Source: Planctomycetota bacterium (lineage in GTDB: Bacteria > Planctomycetota > UBA11346). From it: a stretch of 64,000 nt of DNA. The stretch lies in NCBI GenBank assembly GCA_038231435.1, contig JBBRLJ010000017.1, positions 44,676 to 108,675 of the forward strand, read 5' to 3'. Shown in pieces: positions 20,508 to 29,569 of this stretch. The notes beneath the pieces were generated by a model that made no database searches, was not told the origin of the DNA, and worked only from the letters and a program-made list of their open reading frames with translations. The translations under genes were made by a program, and so were the position numbers. Each line of letters starts with the position of its first letter. Positions within the stretch are counted from its first letter, which is position 1.

Positions 20508-20607
20508 GGCATGAGCTTACGCCAAGTGGGCGGAATTCCAGGCGGCGTGAGTACGCGGCAGAGGAAGGCGATACGCGCGGGGGCCCAGAGGAGGCCTCCG
20601 GAGGCAG

Positions 20608-21834
20608 TCATTCGATGACGGTGGTTACCGGCGTCACGTCGCTGATGCAGGCCTTGGTGCGCAGCAGGCCCGCGACCTTGGCGCGCAGGGCTTCGCGTCG
20701 CAGACGGCGCAGGCCCGCCTCGAGTTCGCCGGTGACCTCCTCGAAACTGCGCACGCGCGCATCCTCGCGCTCGAGCACGTAGACCAGGCAGGCCGCCTGG
20801 TTGGACACGAACACGTCCGACATCGCGCCCTTCGCCAGCGCGAACACGTGGCTGTCGAAGTCCTCGGTGAAGTACTTCGGCTCGACCCATCCCAGTTCGC
20901 CGCCATCGGCGGCGTTGGGGCCCTGGGTCAGGCGTTTGGCGGCGGCACGGAAGGCTTCCTCGAGCTTGTCCGGGGCGAGCCCATCGAGGCCGTCGCGCAC
21001 CGTCCGCAGGGCCTTCTCGGTCTGCTCAAGGTCGCGGATAGCCGCCGACTGGGTGCCGATCTCGAGGGCGACGCGCACACACTCGCGGCTCTTGGGATCG
21101 AGGTCGGGGCGGGTATCGGCGGCGGCGATCTCGGCGACGCACTCGTCGAGCAGGCGATCCTGCTCGGGCCTGGTAACCTCCTCCTTGAGGTAGGCCTCGA
21201 GGCGCGAGGTCGCGGCCTGCGCGATCGTCGCGTCCGGTGCGTCCTGCGCGCGCTTGAACAGCTCGGTCTTGGCGCGGCGCAGATCCTTCTCGAGCCCCGG
21301 ATCACTGGGGCGGAAGATGATCTGCAGGACGCGCGCCCGCGCGGGGCGGTGGAAATCCTGCTGGCGTTGCTGGTAGGCGCTCCACAGCGACGCCGGCGTG
21401 GCCTCGGGCGTGCGAATATCGTAATAATAGTTCAGCAGGGTCTCGATCGACTCCTGGCGTTCGAGGATGCGGCGCGCGGCGGCCTGGGCGGCTAGCGAGA
21501 TGTCGGTGTTGGTCTCCTTCGCGCGCGTGAGCACCTCGAGCACGATGCGGTCGTGGTCGGGGAGGAACTTCAGCTCCTTGGCCTTCTGCACCATGAGCGC
21601 GTCGTTGGTGAGCTGCTCGAGCGACTCCTGCATGAACGGGATCATCTCGGTCTTCGAGAGCGGCGTGACCTTGCCGCGCCGCTTGAAGTCCTCGATGCGC
21701 TCGCCGGTGCGCAGCCACACCTGTGATGCGGTGATGACCTCGCCGTTGACGTAGCGCAGCGCCATGTCGCTCGGCACCGCCGCCCAGACGGCGGATACCG
21801 TCGAGAGCAGCAGGATGACCAGGAACACGCGCAT
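20608..21834 (-). CDS. SurA-like periplasmic chaperone/parvulin peptidyl-prolyl isomerase
   Basis: Signal peptide, VNGEVIT SurA N-terminus, ARVLQIIF and ADGGELGWV parvulin motifs. Confidence 0.85.
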   Translation of the reverse strand: MRVFLVILLLSTVSAVWAAVPSDMALRYVNGEVITASQVWLRTGERIEDFKRRGKVTPLSKTEMIPFMQESLEQLTNDALMVQKAKELKFLPDHDRIVLEVLTRAKETNTDISLAAQAAARRILERQESIETLLNYYYDIRTPEATPASLWSAYQQRQQDFHRPARARVLQIIFRPSDPGLEKDLRRAKTELFKRAQDAPDATIAQAATSRLEAYLKEEVTRPEQDRLLDECVAEIAAADTRPDLDPKSRECVRVALEIGTQSAAIRDLEQTEKALRTVRDGLDGLAPDKLEEAFRAAAKRLTQGPNAADGGELGWVEPKYFTEDFDSHVFALAKGAMSDVFVSNQAACLVYVLEREDARVRSFEEVTGELEAGLRRLRREALRAKVAGLLRTKACISDVTPVTTVIE

Positions 21835-21891
21835 GGGTCGGGAGTGTACTCGGACGTCTGGATCGGCAATGCTTCAGGGGTCTGCCCCTAT

Positions 21892-22277
21892 GGCCCGCCA
21901 GGGCCGTAGGGGCGAAGCCCCTGACATACACAAGCGGGGGCCCCATCGCCCTGCGATGGGGCGGGCGCCGAGCAGTGGTCGGCGGATACAATGGGCGTAG
22001 CCCATCCGCCGACGAATTGGCCGGCGTCTCCGCCGGCCAATTCGAACTGCGACAAAGCCCGTGGGGTAGGCCCGCCAGGGCCGTAGGGGCGAATCCCCTG
22101 ACATACACAAGCGGGGGCCCCATCGCCCTGCGATGGGGCGGGCGCCGAGCAGTGGTCGGCGGATACAATGGGCGTAGCCCATCCGCCGACGATTTGGCCG
22201 GCGTCTCCGCCGGCCAAATCGAACTGCGACAAAGCCCGTGGGGTAGGCCCGCCAGGGCCGTAGGGGCGAAGCCCCTG
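21892..22277 (+). repeat. Tandem 177-bp multi-hairpin GTAG (REP-like) element, family A, about 2.2 units
   Basis: Units start at 21892, 22069 and 22246 (period 177); they contain GTAGGCCC-GCCA-GGGCC and GTAGGGGC-GAA-GCCCCT hairpins. Confidence 0.92.
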
Positions 22278-22279
22278 TG

Positions 22280-22909
22280 TTAATTCAAGTAGATCTCGAC
22301 GCGCCGATTGCGGCCCTTGTCCTCGCCGGCGGCGGCGCGGGGATCGAGTTGGCCGCGGAACGAGCCGTTGAGGCGATCCGACGAGACGCCGGCCTTCTCG
22401 AGGGCGCGCACCACCGCAGCGGCGCGGGCTCCGGAGAGACCCCAGTTGTCGGTGTACTTCTCCTTGGTCGAAGCCTTGGCCACCGGCGTGTCGTCGGTGA
22501 AGCCCTTGACCACGACCTTCTTGCCGGCGTTGTCGCCTTCGTTGAGGCGCGCGGCGAGGCGTTCGATGGCCTTCTGGCCGTCCTCATTGAGGTCGGCCGA
22601 ACCCTTGGCGAAGGCGAAGTCGTCGGGCAGCGCCACGCCGCCGGACGAGGTGGTTTCGAAGCCCTCGATCGGTCCACCGGAGATGGTGGTGCCAAGGGTC
22701 GCGCCCTGGTTCTCGTTGGCCATGGCAAGGCGGTTCTCGAGCTGAGCGTTGCGCTGGCGGGCCGCATCGAGCTCCTGCATCAGGCGCTGGTTCTCGCTGC
22801 GGTACTCGTCTTCGGCCACATTGGAGCCGCTACCGCCGCCACGCATGCGGCAACCGCTCAGGGCGATCGCGGCGACGAGGGGGACGAGCAGCACGAGGCG
22901 GAGGTTCAT
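22280..22909 (-). CDS. OmpA/MotB-family peptidoglycan-binding lipoprotein
   Basis: Lipobox LSGC, coiled coil, FAKGSADL, VKGFTDDTP, NWGLSGARAAAV, RNRRVEI. Confidence 0.9.
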   Translation of the reverse strand: MNLRLVLLVPLVAAIALSGCRMRGGGSGSNVAEDEYRSENQRLMQELDAARQRNAQLENRLAMANENQGATLGTTISGGPIEGFETTSSGGVALPDDFAFAKGSADLNEDGQKAIERLAARLNEGDNAGKKVVVKGFTDDTPVAKASTKEKYTDNWGLSGARAAAVVRALEKAGVSSDRLNGSFRGQLDPRAAAGEDKGRNRRVEIYLN

Positions 22910-23101
22910 GTGGTCTCCCGGAAGGGGGTTGTCGCTACGCGCAGGCACGTGCGATGAAGCGGGAACGCTAGTCTGTGAGCGGCAAAGGGCAAGGGTCGCG
23001 AGTGGCGGGATCCGTGGAGGGAAGTCCGACTGCGCCGCCAACGGAAGCGGGCGCCCCATAAAGGGCGCCCGCGGTCTGATCCGAGCCGTACGGCCTTCCG
23101 A

Positions 23102-24115
23102 TCATTTCGGCAGGTCGACGCCCTCTTCCTTGATGTCGTTGTTGACCGTGCGTTCGACGATCGGGAAGCCTTCGCCGGCAGCATTGAAGGCCGTGCGGCC
23201 ATCGTCGGAGACGCGCACCATGATGAAGCTCTTCTGGCGCTCGTTCTCGGCGAGCTTCTTGTTGCGGTACTTGTCGATGCGCCATTCAGCCTGGGTATCG
23301 ACGCCGGCGATGTCGCGGAACTCGCTGTCCTGGTGGAGATCCTTGAACTTCTTCGCGTTCGGTTCGACCGAGAAGCCGGCGAGGCCGCCGGCCATGGTCG
23401 TCCACATGTTGTCCTGGACGCCGCGGCGGGTCTCGGTCTTGCCCCAGGTGCTCTTGTGCGTGTCGTCGTTGGTCGGCCACATCGACATGAAGTAGTACGG
23501 GATGATCAGGAAGGCACCGATCACCAGGATCAGGGCCATCAGGACGATCCACACCGGATGGACCTTCTGGATCTCGACGCGGGCGCGGTTCGAGCGCACG
23601 CTGCGCCGGCTGTCGCCCTTGGCGTTGGACGAGGATTGGTCATCGCCCGACGAGGTGTGGAAGTCCACCGGCGCGGTGGTCGCGCCGACATTGGTCTCGT
23701 CGACCGCGGTCATGACCGCGGTGTTGGAATCGGTGAAGCTCAGCCCCGACTTGTCGCCCTGCTTCTCCTCGAAGGACAGGTCGCGGGTGTTGGTGTCGTC
23801 GAAGTTCACCACTTCCAGCTCGTCGCCGAAGGTGATCGATTCACCGCTGTTGGTGTCCTTGCCCTTGGATTGGACGATGGTCTCGGAGGTGTCGTCGACC
23901 ACCTTGCCGAGATCGATCGAGAGGTTGTCGCTATCGCCGGTGAGGACGATGGTGCCGTCCTCTTCCTTCAGCTTGTCGACGTCTTCCTTGTTCAGCATCA
24001 GCTTGCCGCCCACGCGCTGGGCGCGGATGGTGCCGGCATTGACGTGGTTCTGCAGCGCGTCGTCGTCGCAACCGAGGGTCTGCTTGGCTTCCTTGGCGTC
24101 GATCATGTCGGCCAT
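23102..24115 (-). CDS. N-terminal excisionase/MerR-like HTH, acidic linker, single-TM protein
   Basis: IDAKEAKQTLGCDDDALQNHVNAGTIRAQR N-terminus, D/E/T/S-rich middle, TM WIVLMALILVIGAFLIIPYY. Confidence 0.75.
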   Translation of the reverse strand: MADMIDAKEAKQTLGCDDDALQNHVNAGTIRAQRVGGKLMLNKEDVDKLKEEDGTIVLTGDSDNLSIDLGKVVDDTSETIVQSKGKDTNSGESITFGDELEVVNFDDTNTRDLSFEEKQGDKSGLSFTDSNTAVMTAVDETNVGATTAPVDFHTSSGDDQSSSNAKGDSRRSVRSNRARVEIQKVHPVWIVLMALILVIGAFLIIPYYFMSMWPTNDDTHKSTWGKTETRRGVQDNMWTTMAGGLAGFSVEPNAKKFKDLHQDSEFRDIAGVDTQAEWRIDKYRNKKLAENERQKSFIMVRVSDDGRTAFNAAGEGFPIVERTVNNDIKEEGVDLPK

Positions 24116-24261
24116 AGCTGTGCTCCGCTCCGGGGGTTATCCGGATCAAGGGTCGGAAAAGGAATGACTCCGTCGGGACTGGGTCCCAGGGGCGCAAGGT
24201 TAGATCAGCCGGAGGATTGCATCAAGGAGGCAGGAAGGGGGGAGGGCGGGGAGGCTCACAC

Positions 24262-24316
24262 GCTTTCAGTTGGGGGGCTACGGCCCCCCAACATCGGCCT
24301 CCGGCCTGCCCCCCGG
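24262..24316 (+). repeat. Repeat family B, copy 3
   Basis: GTTGGGGGGC-TACG-GCCCCCCAAC ATC-GGCC-TCC-GGCC-TGCCCCCCGG; near-identical to the reverse complement of 35697-35751. Confidence 0.85.
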
Positions 24317-25240
24317 AAGCCGGGGAGAAGGGTAGGTGGGCAGCGGAACGGCCCCGGGGCGGGGCGTTTCGGCTGGGGAATCGTGGGTATTCGAGGCCTC
24401 CGGCTTGTCACGGCTAGCCTTGCGGCTCTCCCGCTGCGGCGCCCCGGGCATCGGGGTTTCGAGCACGGCCAGCTCGGCTGCCGTGAAGCCGGCTTGGATC
24501 CGGCCGGGGCGGTCGAGGGGGAAGGGGGAGGGCAGCTGGTCGGGGAAGTGGCGGCGGACGGTGGTGGCGAAGTGGACCTCGGGATCGAGGCCCTGGCTGG
24601 CGCACCACCAGGTGTGCCAGCGCGAGCCGATGGCGACGTGGCGGATCTCGTCGTGGTAGATGCGCGCGATGATGGCGCCGGCCGTGGCGTCGATGGCGGT
24701 GAGCCGGGGGACGAGGCCGGCCGAGACGTCGAGGCCGCGGGCCTCGAGATAGCGCGGCACCACCACCAGCTGCTCGCCCAGGTCGAGCGCGGCGAGCGCG
24801 GCGTCCCACAGGCGGTGGTGGATCGGATGGGTTCCCGGCGGGCAGGCGTTGGCGACCAGCCAGGATTCCACCAGCGCGGCATGCTCCGCCTCCTCGCGGG
24901 CGATCTGGAGGAAGTCCTCATGCAGCGCGACGGGCGCTCCGCTCGCGCGCAGGCACAGCAGCACGGCGAGATCCACCGCGCTCAGCTCGATGTGGTGGAT
25001 GGCATGCAGGAACCGCGCGCGCGCGGCGAGATCCTTGAGCGGCCGGCGCCGGCGCGGCGGATCGGCGACCTCGCGGAAGCACGCGGCGCGACCGGGTCGC
25101 GCCGGCAACGCTGGCGCTGCCCAGGTCGTGCCGTCGGCGGGTGCTGGCAACGTCGCGAGCAAGGCGGCCTTGGTCTGCCCAGTCGGCGCCGCGATCACGG
25201 CGAGCAGTAGTCGTCCATGATCGGCGTGCGAGGGATCCAC
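24278..25240 (-). CDS. DUF455 ferritin-like domain protein
   Basis: LHAIHHIELSAVDLA, EEAEH, LEARGLDV, DEIRHVAIGSRW; stop codon lies inside repeat B. Confidence 0.85.
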   Translation of the reverse strand: MDPSHADHGRLLLAVIAAPTGQTKAALLATLPAPADGTTWAAPALPARPGRAACFREVADPPRRRRPLKDLAARARFLHAIHHIELSAVDLAVLLCLRASGAPVALHEDFLQIAREEAEHAALVESWLVANACPPGTHPIHHRLWDAALAALDLGEQLVVVPRYLEARGLDVSAGLVPRLTAIDATAGAIIARIYHDEIRHVAIGSRWHTWWCASQGLDPEVHFATTVRRHFPDQLPSPFPLDRPGRIQAGFTAAELAVLETPMPGAPQRESRKASRDKPEASNTHDSPAETPRPGAVPLPTYPSPRLPGGRPEADVGGP

Positions 25241-25352
25241 TCGCGCATCTCAGCGACGGATGGCGGGCAGGGAAGCGGCCAAGCGGCATGCGAGCGAGAC
25301 GTCGAGCGGGTGGCCCACGAGGCCGAGCGCGGGGTTGCCGGTGTCCGCCGTG

Positions 25353-25988
25353 CTACCGTGCCTCGACCCCGCGTCGCAGCAGTTCCTCGCGTACCAGGAA
25401 GCGCACGCGGTTGATGTCGACGTGGCTGCCGGGACAGGCGGTCTCCTTCCCTGGCACGTCGCGATGGCCGATGATGCGCGTCGAGGACAGCGTCGGCACG
25501 TGCTCGACCAAGAGCGCGCACAGTTCGATCAGGCGCGCCTGCACGTACGGATCCAATTGGTCGTCATCGTAGTTGCCGATGACGCAGATGCCGATGCCAT
25601 CCTGATTGTAGGGCGATTGGCTGGGCCCCGAGCCGGCATGGGCGCCGTGATACTGCTGCTTCCAGCGCCAAGTGGCGTCGACGCGTCCGCGCGGCATGGG
25701 ACGGCCGTTGCCGATAACGAAGTGGTATCCGATGCCGTCCCAGCCGCGGTCCTTGACGTGGGCAGCGTCGATGGTCGAGGTGTCGCCGGAGCGGTAGGCG
25801 CTGTGGTGGATCACGATCCAGCGCCAGGAATGCATCGGCGTCTCGATCGGCGGCGCGATCGATCGCCATTCGACGCGCTCGTCGCCGGCTGGCGTGTGCA
25901 GCAACCAGAAGATCAGGCAGGTGAAGCCCAGGGATGCGAGCAGCGCGAGGACGCGCGCGCCCCGATCCGGTGACGCGCCCGGCGTCAT
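25353..25988 (-). CDS. N-acetylmuramoyl-L-alanine amidase (Amidase_2/PGRP-like)
   Basis: WIVIHHSA, GWDGIGYHFVIGNG, GAHAG, IGICVIGNYD, IIGHRDV...TACPG; N-terminal TM. Confidence 0.9.
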   Translation of the reverse strand: MTPGASPDRGARVLALLASLGFTCLIFWLLHTPAGDERVEWRSIAPPIETPMHSWRWIVIHHSAYRSGDTSTIDAAHVKDRGWDGIGYHFVIGNGRPMPRGRVDATWRWKQQYHGAHAGSGPSQSPYNQDGIGICVIGNYDDDQLDPYVQARLIELCALLVEHVPTLSSTRIIGHRDVPGKETACPGSHVDINRVRFLVREELLRRGVEAR

Positions 25989-26086
25989 CGTGCCTGGATC
26001 TGCTGGAGTAGCCGCCGAACCATTCGCCGCAGCATCCGCTGAGGCATCTGAAGAAGTCCGTCGACGGTCATGTTCAGGTCGTCGCG

Positions 26087-26545
26087 CTACTGGTCGAGGA
26101 ACACCGCGGCCTCGGCGATCGGCAGCAGGTTGCCGTCGGCGAGGCGGCGGTTGCGCAGGGCCAGGCGCCAATACGGGCGCAGGCGCGCGTTCATGGTACG
26201 CGCGTGCGCCTCGAGACGCTTCCAGGTCGCGCCCAGATCGCGCACCGGTCCCGCGTGCGGGAGCGACAGCGCGTGCAGCTGGCGATAATCCTCAACCGAC
26301 ATCGCGCCCATCGATCGGCCCATGCCGGTGATCGGCGTGCCGACCTGGCATTCCCACATGGACGGAAGCTGGTCGCTCGGGGGCATGTTGAAGAAGATGG
26401 CGGCTGCACCGTAGGGCTCCACCTCCTGGCCTTCGAGCAAGCGCATGACCTCGGCCACCTGATCGAACGGATCGGCAGGATAGCCGGGGCACGAGAGCCC
26501 GGCGAAGCGCAGGTTGCCTTCGCGTGCGAGTTTCGGTTCGGCCAT
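26087..26545 (-). CDS. Hypothetical protein, GyrI-like small-molecule-binding fold
   Basis: 152-aa ORF from ATG 26545; ALSLPHAGPVRDLGATWKRL resembles the GyrI-like H-x-G-P motif. Confidence 0.6.
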   Translation of the reverse strand: MAEPKLAREGNLRFAGLSCPGYPADPFDQVAEVMRLLEGQEVEPYGAAAIFFNMPPSDQLPSMWECQVGTPITGMGRSMGAMSVEDYRQLHALSLPHAGPVRDLGATWKRLEAHARTMNARLRPYWRLALRNRRLADGNLLPIAEAAVFLDQ

Positions 26546-26942
26546 GGGTCCTCGCTGGTGCCCCCCATTACTGCCACGCCATCGACCAGGCAAGCAGTGG
26601 CGGACTCGCCGGGCCAGCGGCTGGGCGGGTGCCGGTAGGCCTTGCTTTGAGGTTAGTCGGACAACAATGCGGTCAAATATACACGAATTCACGCGCACGT
26701 ATGCTACGGCGCGAGCATTGGGCGACGAATCGAGCATCCCGAGCAGCGTCGAAGGTAGGAAGTCGAAAACGGAAGTCGAAAGCAGCGAGTTGAAAGCAGA
26801 GAGTCGAATGGATCTGAATATCGAAGTGCGCATCGCCGACGACGTACGCTCCGCGAACGACCGATCCGTCGTGCGGTCCTGCTCAGTGCCCATGTCAATG
26901 ATCAGTTCAATAATCAACCAACAGAACCAGTGAGGTGACCCA

Positions 26943-27455
26943 GTGGCCCAAGGTACCGTCGTGCGTTTCGATCGTCGTCGCGGCTATGGTTTCGTCGCTC
27001 CCGACGATGGCGGCGAGGATGTGTTCGTTCACCAGAACAACATCAGCATGGAGGGCTTCCGCTTCCTGCAGGTCGGCGAGCGCGTCACCTACGAACTCGA
27101 GGTAGGCGAGAAGGGCATGAAGGCGGTCTCGGTCGCCTTGGTCGAGCCGCGCGCCGCGCGCCCGCCGCACGAGGCCGGCCAGGACGGCGACGGCGCGGGA
27201 CCAGACGGAGGCTTCGAGCATCGCGACGCCATGGACGATGGCGAGTTCCGCGAACGCCGCGCCGCCGCGCCGCGCGTCGCGCGCGCTCCCAAACCGCAAC
27301 GTGGCAGCGACGACGTCGCCTCCGCGGTGGACAAGCTGCGCCGCAAGCAGGAGCGACTGATCAATCTGCTGGTCGAGAAGGGCATCCTCTCGCCCGGCGA
27401 CATCGACGGTGTCGACGGCGCCGCCGCGAAGGCCTTGGAGAGCGCCGAAGGCTGA
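26943..27455 (+). CDS. Cold-shock domain protein with C-terminal extension
   Basis: GTVVRFDRRRGYGFV (RNP1), DVFVHQ (RNP2), GFRFLQVGERVTYE; GAGGTG RBS. Confidence 0.9.
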   Translation: MAQGTVVRFDRRRGYGFVAPDDGGEDVFVHQNNISMEGFRFLQVGERVTYELEVGEKGMKAVSVALVEPRAARPPHEAGQDGDGAGPDGGFEHRDAMDDGEFRERRAAAPRVARAPKPQRGSDDVASAVDKLRRKQERLINLLVEKGILSPGDIDGVDGAAAKALESAEG

Positions 27456-27487
27456 GGAAGGCTCTCGCGGATGGAGGATTCGAGACG

Positions 27488-27522
27488 AGCCCAGGGGAAG
27501 TCCCCCGGGCTCTTTTGTTTTC
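27488..27522 (+). terminator. Intrinsic terminator after the cold-shock gene
   Basis: GAGCCCAGGGGA-AG-TCCCCCGGGCTC followed by TTTTGTTTT. Confidence 0.75.
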
Positions 27523-27729
27523 GTCTCCATGGGAGGGAGACGCTGGAAGTCCGAAGTCGGAAGCTGGAAGGGCAGCGTGATGATCTGGCCGTCTCGTCGT
27601 CACTTCGCTCTTCGCTCTTCTCACTTCCCACTTCCCATGCTCACCATCCCAAGCCATACACCCGACGCATAGCCTCTCCCGCATCCTGGCCCCTTCCTTG
27701 ACCAGGCCGCGCGGCCATCCTCCAAGGCC

Positions 27730-29178
27730 ATGGCCAGCCCAGACTTGACCCAGGTGGTGATCCTCGGCGCTTCGGGCGACCTGACCGCGCGCAAGCTGGT
27801 CCCGGCGCTGTACGCGGCGCACTGCGAGCACCTCTTCCCGGGCCGGTTGCAGCTGGTCGGCGTGGCGCGCCGTCCGTGGAATGACGAGTCGTTCCGGCAA
27901 GTCCTGACCGACAGCGCCCCGAAGTCGAAGACCTGCAGCTTCGACAGCTGGGAAGCGTTCCTCAAGCTCACCAGCTACGTCCAGACCCATCTCGAGACCG
28001 CGGCAGATTACGCGGCGCTCGGCGAGCGGCTCGAACAACTCGCGGGCGGTCCCGCCAACCGCGTGTTCTATCTGGCGGTCAAACCCGAGCTGTTCCTGCC
28101 CGCGGTCGAGAACCTGCGCGCCGCCGGACTGCTGTCGCAGAAGGATGGCCGCAAGTCGCGGGTGGTGGTCGAGAAGCCGTTCGGCACCGACCTGGCCAGC
28201 GCCAAGTTGCTGAATACCCGCCTGCTCGAACTGCTCGGCGAGGACCAGCTCTACCGCATCGATCACTATCTCGGCAAGGAGACGGTGCAGAACTTGCTGG
28301 TTTTTCGCTTCCGCAACGCCTTCTTCGAGCCGCTGTGGAACCAGAAGTACGTCGAGAATGTGCAGATCACCGTGGCCGAGAACATCGGCATGGAGGGCGG
28401 GCGCGGCGGTTACTACGACACCTCGGGCGCCATCCGCGACATCCTGCAGAACCACCTGCTGCAGCTCTTGTCACTGGTCGCCATGGAAGCGCCGTCGAAT
28501 CTCACCCCCAAGGCCATCCGCGACGAGAAGGTCAAGGTTCTGCAGTGCCTGCGCCCGCCCAGCGAGGATCCCGATCCGCTGCGCACCATCGTGCGCGGCC
28601 AATACGAGGGCTTCCGCCAGGAGCCGGGTGTCGCCCCGGAATCGCAGACTGAGACGTTCATCGCCGCGCGCGCCTACATCGACAACTGGCGGTGGGGCGG
28701 CGTACCATTCCTGCTGCGCACCGGCAAGTGCCTTCCCGATCGCTTCACCTCGATCACCGTGCAGTTCCGCATGCCGCCGACGACGCTGTTCGGCTCGTAC
28801 CAGGAGTGCCATCTGCGGCCGAACCGCATCACCCTGCGCATCCAGCCGAACGACGGCATCTCGATGGACTTCGACGTCAAGGAGCCCGGCCATGGCCTGC
28901 AGATCCGCCCGGCGAAATTGAACTTCGACTACCAGGACTACTTCCACAAGCCGAGCCCCGAAGCCTACCAGCGCCTGCTCCAGGACGTGGTGACCGGTGA
29001 CCAATCGCTGTTCATCCGCTCGGACGAGGTCGAGGAATCGTGGCGCTGGACCGACAGCCTGCGCGAAGCGATGAAGGCCACGCCGCTGCATACGTATGCG
29101 AAGAACACCTGGGGGCCGGCGGCGACCAGCGACATGTTCGGCGAGTGCGAGGGCCGCTGGGCTGTTGGCTCGTCGTAG
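27730..29178 (+). CDS. zwf: Glucose-6-phosphate 1-dehydrogenase
   Basis: GASGDLTARKLVPAL, VVEKPFG, YRIDHYLGKE, RDILQNHLLQ, RWGGVPFLLRTGK. Confidence 0.97.
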   Translation: MASPDLTQVVILGASGDLTARKLVPALYAAHCEHLFPGRLQLVGVARRPWNDESFRQVLTDSAPKSKTCSFDSWEAFLKLTSYVQTHLETAADYAALGERLEQLAGGPANRVFYLAVKPELFLPAVENLRAAGLLSQKDGRKSRVVVEKPFGTDLASAKLLNTRLLELLGEDQLYRIDHYLGKETVQNLLVFRFRNAFFEPLWNQKYVENVQITVAENIGMEGGRGGYYDTSGAIRDILQNHLLQLLSLVAMEAPSNLTPKAIRDEKVKVLQCLRPPSEDPDPLRTIVRGQYEGFRQEPGVAPESQTETFIAARAYIDNWRWGGVPFLLRTGKCLPDRFTSITVQFRMPPTTLFGSYQECHLRPNRITLRIQPNDGISMDFDVKEPGHGLQIRPAKLNFDYQDYFHKPSPEAYQRLLQDVVTGDQSLFIRSDEVEESWRWTDSLREAMKATPLHTYAKNTWGPAATSDMFGECEGRWAVGSS

Positions 29179-29567
29179 GGGCGCTGCCCCTAACGGCGCT
29201 GCGCGCCTACCCCACGGGCTTTGTCGGGGTTCGAAGTCGCCGGATGGCTTCGCCATTGTATCCGCCGACCACCCCTCGGCGCCCGGTCGCTGCGCGACGG
29301 TTTTGATAGGGGCTCCGCCCCTACGGCCTTCGGCCTACCCGGTGGCAGTACTAGAATCGTTTTTTTTTCTCAGCTCCGTGGGGAAGGCCCGACAGAGCCG
29401 CAGGGGCGAAGCCCCTGTCAATCCGGAGCGACAGCGACCGGGCGCCGAGCAGCGGTCGGTGGATACAATGGGCGTAGCCCATCCGCCGATTTTTTCGCCG
29501 TTACGGCGAAAAAAAGTTGCGACAAAGGCCGTGGGGTAGGCCGAAGGCCGTAGGGGCGGAGCCCCTG
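29176..29567. repeat. Two family-A elements in opposite orientation (29176-29340 reverse; 29377-29567 forward)
   Basis: Share the GGGCGCCGAG..GGTCGGYGGATACAATG core, GACAAAG..CGTGGGGTAGG and GTAGGGGC-GNA-GCCCCT with 21892-22277. Confidence 0.88.
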
Positions 29568-29569
29568 AC

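Noticed and set aside
21892..22277. CRISPR array
   Set aside because: Whole 177-bp units are repeated, there are no unique spacers of constant length, and no cas genes are present.
26514..26933. 139-aa ORF upstream of the cold-shock gene
   Set aside because: Atypical composition, built partly from AGTCGAA repeats and with no motif; more likely promoter/leader DNA.
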